From Pedobacter sp. (GTDB lineage Bacteria > Bacteroidota > Bacteroidia > Sphingobacteriales > Sphingobacteriaceae): a stretch of 64,000 nucleotides of DNA. The first letter of the stretch is position 1. Each line of letters starts with the position of its first letter. The DNA lies in contig DASWMZ010000159.1 of assembly GCA_036399495.1 (NCBI GenBank), forward strand, positions 30,310 to 94,309. Direction: 5' to 3'. Positions 58,770 to 64,000 of the stretch are shown here, piece after piece. Below the pieces are notes generated by a model. It saw only the letters and a program-made list of their open reading frames with translations. It searched no databases and was not told where the DNA came from. The position numbers and the translations under genes are program-made.

Positions 58770-60080
58770 TTATAAGTTTATCAAACCTGAAATTTCCCCC
58801 AAAGAAATTTCAGCCAATTTGGCCTGGTACCTGGAATTATTTAAGCGTACAGTTGCGTTTAGAAAGTTAAGCTGGGCGTCTCTTATTTCAACCTGAGTGA
58901 TGGTTCCCAAGCGATAGCGGGTAAGTGTAATGTCTAAATTCTGACTGGCAATTTTTTGATTATTCTCTTCAAGCTTTACCAAACTTAGGCTTGTTAAGTA
59001 CGTCTGGTAAGAACTTGCGAGCTGAGCCTTTACACTTTGATTAACTCTTTGATAATCTAACTCAGCATTACGAATTAAAACCTCTGAGTTTTTTTCATCC
59101 CGGCGCTGAAGAAATCCATTGAAAATGTTTACTGATGCATTTAAACCATAATTAAACCCCCGGCCAGTATTTAATGTAGCAAAGCCAAGAGGCGAAGTTG
59201 AACGATTAAAATTATATCCGCTATTTAAATTTATCACCGGAAATCTGTTTGCTTTCACTTGCTTCAGGTCTAATTCAGCAATTCTTCGACTGATTAACAC
59301 GGCACGCAAACTCGGATTTTGTTGCAGAGCCAAATTAGATACATCCAAAAAATTAATATTCTCATTAATTTCAAATCCTGATGATACTCTGAAAGGTATA
59401 GTTACATCTCTTGCCATTACTTCATTCAATGCAATCTGAGCGTTTCTATATAATGCCTGCTGGTTTAGAAAATTTGTTGTATCAGTGTTGAAATCTACTT
59501 GCGCATTTAACACTTCCAACCGTGCGGCTTTACCTACATCAAAACGGGTTTGAGCTGTTTTTACCCTTAAACGGGATATCACAACGGCCGTATCAAAAGC
59601 CTTAAGCTGTTGCTGCTGTTGCACCAAATCGTAATAACGCTCCATAACATTACTTACCGTTGAGACAACACTAAGCTGCAGATTAGCTTCGCCCTGCTTC
59701 TGAAGTTCTTTCAATTGATCATATCGGGCAAACATCCTGAACCCATCAAACACTGTCCAGTTTAAACCCACCCCATAATTTAAGTTGCTGGCCCGGGCAT
59801 TATTTCTTTCGGTAACCTCACCTGTAGCACGAGTTTGGGTACTATTTTGAATACTGTTGTTGTTGGTAAGATTACCCGTAACAGCCGGAATCATTCCGGC
59901 ATTAGCGCGACTAACATTTCTTTCGGCTATTTCTACACTATTTCTTGAAATTTGAATATTATAATTATTCTTCAGCGTGATTTCTATTGCTTCTTGAAGC
60001 GTAAGTACATCCTGGGCAAAGCAGACCGGCGCTATCGCGGAAAAAAACAAAAACAATAAATTATTTCTCAAATATTTCAT
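58770..60080 (-). CDS. TolC family outer-membrane efflux protein
   Basis: Signal peptide, two-repeat architecture, and last position in an MFP-RND-OMP operon. Confidence 0.9.
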   Translation of the reverse strand: MKYLRNNLLFLFFSAIAPVCFAQDVLTLQEAIEITLKNNYNIQISRNSVEIAERNVSRANAGMIPAVTGNLTNNNSIQNSTQTRATGEVTERNNARASNLNYGVGLNWTVFDGFRMFARYDQLKELQKQGEANLQLSVVSTVSNVMERYYDLVQQQQQLKAFDTAVVISRLRVKTAQTRFDVGKAARLEVLNAQVDFNTDTTNFLNQQALYRNAQIALNEVMARDVTIPFRVSSGFEINENINFLDVSNLALQQNPSLRAVLISRRIAELDLKQVKANRFPVINLNSGYNFNRSTSPLGFATLNTGRGFNYGLNASVNIFNGFLQRRDEKNSEVLIRNAELDYQRVNQSVKAQLASSYQTYLTSLSLVKLEENNQKIASQNLDITLTRYRLGTITQVEIRDAQLNFLNATVRLNNSRYQAKLAEISLGEISGLINL

Positions 60081-60083
60081 ACA

Positions 60084-63000
60084 CTAATGAGCGCCCACAG
60101 GTTCTTCTTCAAACTCTTTGATTCTATCAAATTCCGGATGATGTTTCCGCTCTTTAGACCATAGCGAGTAAACAGCGGGAATCACAAATAAGGTAAGTAC
60201 TAACGAAAAAATGGTTCCGCCAACAATTACTACACCCATTCCCATCCGGCTTTGTGAAGCTGCGCCTAAAGCCATAGCAATAGGTAATGCACCAAGCGCG
60301 ATGGCAAGACTGGTCATTAATATAGGTCGTAAACGTGCTTCTGCCGCTTCAAGAATTGCTTCAGATTTCGGTTTGCCTTGTTCTCGCAACTGATTTGCAA
60401 ATTCCACAATCAAAATTCCGTTTTTCGTGACTAGCCCTATCAACATAATCGTTCCGATCTGGCTAAATATATTCCAGGTTTGACCAAAAAGCCATAACGA
60501 AAACATAGCTCCGGCTACCGCCATGGGTACTGTAAGTATAATGATAAATGGATCTACAAAGCTTTCAAATTGGGCGGCAAGAATTAAATAAATTAATATA
60601 AGTGCCAGTCCAAATGCAAATGCTGTGTTCGAGTTACTCTCAACAAAGTCCCGGGATTCTCCAGCTAAATCGGTAGAAAAAGAATCATCTAATACCTTCT
60701 TACTTATTTTATCCATCGCCTCGATTCCATCGCTAATGCTTCGGCCCGGAGCCAGACCTGCAGAAATAGTAGCAGATAGATACCTGTTGTTATGATAAAT
60801 CTGTGGCGGACTGCTGCGTTCCTCCATCGTAACCAGATTATCAAGCTGGATTAATTGACCGGTTTTACTTCGCACAAATAAAGAAGTTAAATCAAGCGGG
60901 TCATCGCGATCTGCCTTTTCAAACTGACCGATAACCTGATATTGCCTTCCATTCATCATAAAATAACCGAAGCGCTGTCCGCTTAAAGAGAGTTGGAGTG
61001 TTTGCGCCACATCAATTACGGAAATACCCAAACTTTGCGCCTTCTCGCGATTGATCGTGATGTTGATTTCCGGCTTATTAAATTTCAAGTTCGCATCAAC
61101 CATTGAAAAAGTAGGATCTTGCGTTGCAGCTTCCAGAAACAATGGAATTTTTTCTCGCAGCTTTTCGAAATTGGGAGCTTGAATAATATATTGAATAGGT
61201 TGTCCGCCACGCCTGTTTACCGAAATGGTAGGCTGCTGGATAACTTGAATGCGTGCTTCAGAATATTTTTTAGTGATTTTAGTAAGATGCTCGGCGATTT
61301 CTTTTTGAGAGCGTTCTCTGTCTTCAGGTTGTTTTAAACCCAATCGAACCATACCACTATTAACAGCCCCGGAACCTGTAAAACCGGGTGACGTTATTAC
61401 CAGGGTTACCTGTTTTTCGGGTACAGAATCGTTCAACACCTCTGTTAGCTCAGCCATAAAGCGATTAGTATAATCATATGAGGCTCCTTCCTGAGCGGAT
61501 ATTGACAAACGAAGCATACTTCGATCATCAAGAGGAGCAGTTTCTTTGGTTAGAAGTTTATAAAACAGCACTGTTAGGCCAAGGCATCCTAAAATTATCG
61601 GAAAACTAATCCAACGCCTCTTCATAAAAACAGATAAAGCATCGGCATAACCCGAATTCATTTTCTGGAAGTAAGGTTCTGTAATCGTATAAAATCTGGA
61701 CTTTTTCTGCTTTCCGCCTTTCATCAAATAAGCATTAAGCATTGGGGTTAGAGTTAATGATACAAATGCCGAAATCAAAACCGCCGCTCCGATGACGACT
61801 CCAAACTCCCTGAACAAACGGCCTACAAATCCCTCCAGAAATATAACAGGCAAGAACACTGCTGCCAATGTAATGGAGATGGAAATTACCGCTAAAAAGA
61901 TTTCATTTGAGCCTTTAATCGCCGCTTCAATTGGCGACATGCCTTCTTCTACTTTTTTGTAAATATTTTCTGTTACTACGATACCATCATCAACTACTAA
62001 ACCCGTTGCCAGCACAATAGCCAATAACGTAAGCACATTGACAGAAAAACCAGCCAGATACATGATAAAAAACGTGGCTATCAGGGAAACCGGAATATCG
62101 ATTAACGGCCTGAATGCGATTCCCCAATCCCTGAAAAACAAATAGATAATGAGGATAACCAGTATTAGCGCGATCAAAATTGTTTCGGCAACTTCAGTTA
62201 CAGATTTTTTAATGAACAAGGTATTATCCATCGCAATATCTAGTTGAAGATCTTTAGGCGCTTCCTTTTTCAATTTTTCGTATTCATCGTAAAACTTTCC
62301 GGAAATCTCCAAATAATTTGTTCCTGGTTGCGGAATTATAGCCATCCCGATCATTGGTTGCCCCGATTCCGTCATTTGCGTTTCTAGATTTTCAGCACCA
62401 AGTTCAGCGGTGCCTATATCGCTAAAGCGGATAATTTTATCTCCATCAGATTTTACGATGAGATTATTAAATTCTCCCTGATTGGAAAGATTCCCTAAAG
62501 TTTTTACAACTAACTCTGTGTTCGCGCCAGTTACCTTTCCGGATGGCAATTCAATATTTTGACGATTTAGTGCATCCCGAACATCGGCAACGGTCAACCC
62601 GTAAGAAGCCAATTTATCAGGACTAAGCCATAACCGCATCGAATAACGCTTTTGCCCCCAAATTTGGACACTACTCACACCCGGAATAGTTTGAAAACGC
62701 TGCGACAAAACGTTCTCGGCATAATCACTTAACTGGAGCTGATCACGGGTGCTGCTTTGCACCGTCATGCTAATGATCGGGTCAGAATCGGCGTCGGCTT
62801 TAGACACTACCGGCGGCGAATCAATATCGTCTGGCAAGTTCCGAATGGCTTGGGAAACTTTATCGCGCACATCGTTTGCGGCTTCCTCCAAGTTTTTATC
62901 AAGGTTAAACTCAATATTAATATTGCTGGTTCCCTGGTTACTGGATGAGGTAATGTTGCGAATTCCATCAATAGAATTGATGGCTTTTTCTAAAGGCTCG

Positions 63001-63191
63001 GTTATTTGAGATTCTATAATATCAGCATTAGCGCCTGAGTAACTTGTTCTTACAGATACTATTGCAGGATCAATAGATGGGAATTCCCTGATCCCTAAAA
63101 AAGTATAACCAATTACACCAAAGAGAATCAACATCAGGTTGACTACAATGGTAAAAACCGGCCTCTTAATACTGGTGGTTGATAAACTCAT
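60084..63191 (-). CDS. RND efflux transporter permease (AcrB/HAE1-like)
   Basis: 1035 aa, 12-TM topology, conserved VDDGIVVTENI and LVTKNGILIVEFAN blocks. Confidence 0.95.
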   Translation of the reverse strand: MSLSTTSIKRPVFTIVVNLMLILFGVIGYTFLGIREFPSIDPAIVSVRTSYSGANADIIESQITEPLEKAINSIDGIRNITSSSNQGTSNINIEFNLDKNLEEAANDVRDKVSQAIRNLPDDIDSPPVVSKADADSDPIISMTVQSSTRDQLQLSDYAENVLSQRFQTIPGVSSVQIWGQKRYSMRLWLSPDKLASYGLTVADVRDALNRQNIELPSGKVTGANTELVVKTLGNLSNQGEFNNLIVKSDGDKIIRFSDIGTAELGAENLETQMTESGQPMIGMAIIPQPGTNYLEISGKFYDEYEKLKKEAPKDLQLDIAMDNTLFIKKSVTEVAETILIALILVILIIYLFFRDWGIAFRPLIDIPVSLIATFFIMYLAGFSVNVLTLLAIVLATGLVVDDGIVVTENIYKKVEEGMSPIEAAIKGSNEIFLAVISISITLAAVFLPVIFLEGFVGRLFREFGVVIGAAVLISAFVSLTLTPMLNAYLMKGGKQKKSRFYTITEPYFQKMNSGYADALSVFMKRRWISFPIILGCLGLTVLFYKLLTKETAPLDDRSMLRLSISAQEGASYDYTNRFMAELTEVLNDSVPEKQVTLVITSPGFTGSGAVNSGMVRLGLKQPEDRERSQKEIAEHLTKITKKYSEARIQVIQQPTISVNRRGGQPIQYIIQAPNFEKLREKIPLFLEAATQDPTFSMVDANLKFNKPEINITINREKAQSLGISVIDVAQTLQLSLSGQRFGYFMMNGRQYQVIGQFEKADRDDPLDLTSLFVRSKTGQLIQLDNLVTMEERSSPPQIYHNNRYLSATISAGLAPGRSISDGIEAMDKISKKVLDDSFSTDLAGESRDFVESNSNTAFAFGLALILIYLILAAQFESFVDPFIIILTVPMAVAGAMFSLWLFGQTWNIFSQIGTIMLIGLVTKNGILIVEFANQLREQGKPKSEAILEAAEARLRPILMTSLAIALGALPIAMALGAASQSRMGMGVVIVGGTIFSLVLTLFVIPAVYSLWSKERKHHPEFDRIKEFEEEPVGAH

Positions 63192-64000
63192 AAAATGGCC
63201 TTCCTATCCTCAATTTTCACCTTTACTTTACCACCTTCCTTCAAACTCATAATTCCGGTTGTTAAAACAGTGTCGCCAGGTTTCAAGCCAGCGGTTACTA
63301 AGATTAACTCCTTGGTACGAGTGGATGTTTCCACCATTACTTCCTTAACTTTTCCGCTATCTGTTACAAAAACCTTCTTCCCATCTTGCACCGGAACGAT
63401 CGCTTGTGTGGGAACCAAAAGCGCATCTTCAATTGTTGACAATGGCAACGAAATACTCGCAAATGAGCCTGGAATCAATAAACCTGAAGGATTGTCGGCC
63501 TTTGCTCTAAGCTGTAACGTACGGGTTGCTGATTCTATACGTGGTTCAATAGCGTATACTCTGGCGTTGTAAACCTGGGTTGAACCCGCAATTGTAAAAT
63601 TTATTGTTGTGCCTACTTTCACCTGTCGTGAATATTTCTCGGGTACAGAAAAAGAAATCTTTACAGGATTAATACTCACTAAATTGCTGATGGGCATTGT
63701 GGGGGTAACATATTCCCCTTTAGATACAGCTCTGAGTCCTATCCTTCCCGAAAATGGCGCATTGATTACTGTCTTAGCAATTTGAGCCCTTATTAATTGT
63801 GTTTGAGATTTTGCTGTACGAAATTCTGCTGATGCAATATCATATTCTTCCCGGCTTATTGCTTCCTTTTGTAAAAGTAATTTAGCCCGCCTTTCATTTT
63901 CTGAAGCAAGATTCTGTTTAGTAATTGTCTGAGCTAATTGAGCTTTAAGTTCCGAATCATCAATTTTCACCAGAGCTTGTCCGCGCCTTACGGTTGTTCC
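63188..64000 (-). CDS. RND efflux periplasmic adaptor (MFP); 5' end beyond the window
   Basis: Coiled-coil, beta-barrel and MP domains are present. The frame stays open to position 64000. Has a 4-nt overlap with the RND gene. Confidence 0.88.
   Translation of the reverse strand, partial: GTTVRRGQALVKIDDSELKAQLAQTITKQNLASENERRAKLLLQKEAISREEYDIASAEFRTAKSQTQLIRAQIAKTVINAPFSGRIGLRAVSKGEYVTPTMPISNLVSINPVKISFSVPEKYSRQVKVGTTINFTIAGSTQVYNARVYAIEPRIESATRTLQLRAKADNPSGLLIPGSFASISLPLSTIEDALLVPTQAIVPVQDGKKVFVTDSGKVKEVMVETSTRTKELILVTAGLKPGDTVLTTGIMSLKEGGKVKVKIEDRKAIL

Overview
This window looks like a chromosomal segment from a Bacteroidota genome, probably Sphingobacteriia-like. The evidence is a SusC/SusD pair with an ECF sigma/FecR switch, a T9SS C-terminal sorting-domain fragment, no Shine-Dalgarno signals, and AT-rich spacers. 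Most of it is housekeeping. Genes present include era, der, rsgA, dtd, gcvT, rnhB, ruvC, greA, murQ and panE. There is a metH-metF operon behind a SAM-I riboswitch and a thrA-thrB-thrC operon behind a Thr-rich leader-peptide attenuator. There is also a tRNA-Met/tRNA-Glu pair. Accessory content is as follows. (1) A TetR-controlled ABC/HlyD/TolC exporter whose nucleotide-binding domain has lost nearly all catalytic motifs. (2) A SusC/SusD/DUF4397 polysaccharide-utilisation-like locus whose sigma/anti-sigma region is a mosaic of two decayed paralogous loci. (3) An RHH-PIN toxin-antitoxin pair translationally coupled to a HAD hydrolase, lying between the met and thr operons. (4) An RND efflux operon followed by a response regulator coupled to a BadF-type sugar-kinase-like gene. 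(5) Several unusually structured or repeat-laden spacers. I found no CRISPR array, transposase, integrase, or recognisable phage-defence gene set. No single locus can be called a new system from sequence alone. The strongest candidates for follow-up are the degenerate-ATPase exporter, the sigma/anti-sigma mosaic, the thr attenuator and the TA-HAD trio. All coordinates and motif calls were made by eye from the sequence and the ORF track. No database searches were run.
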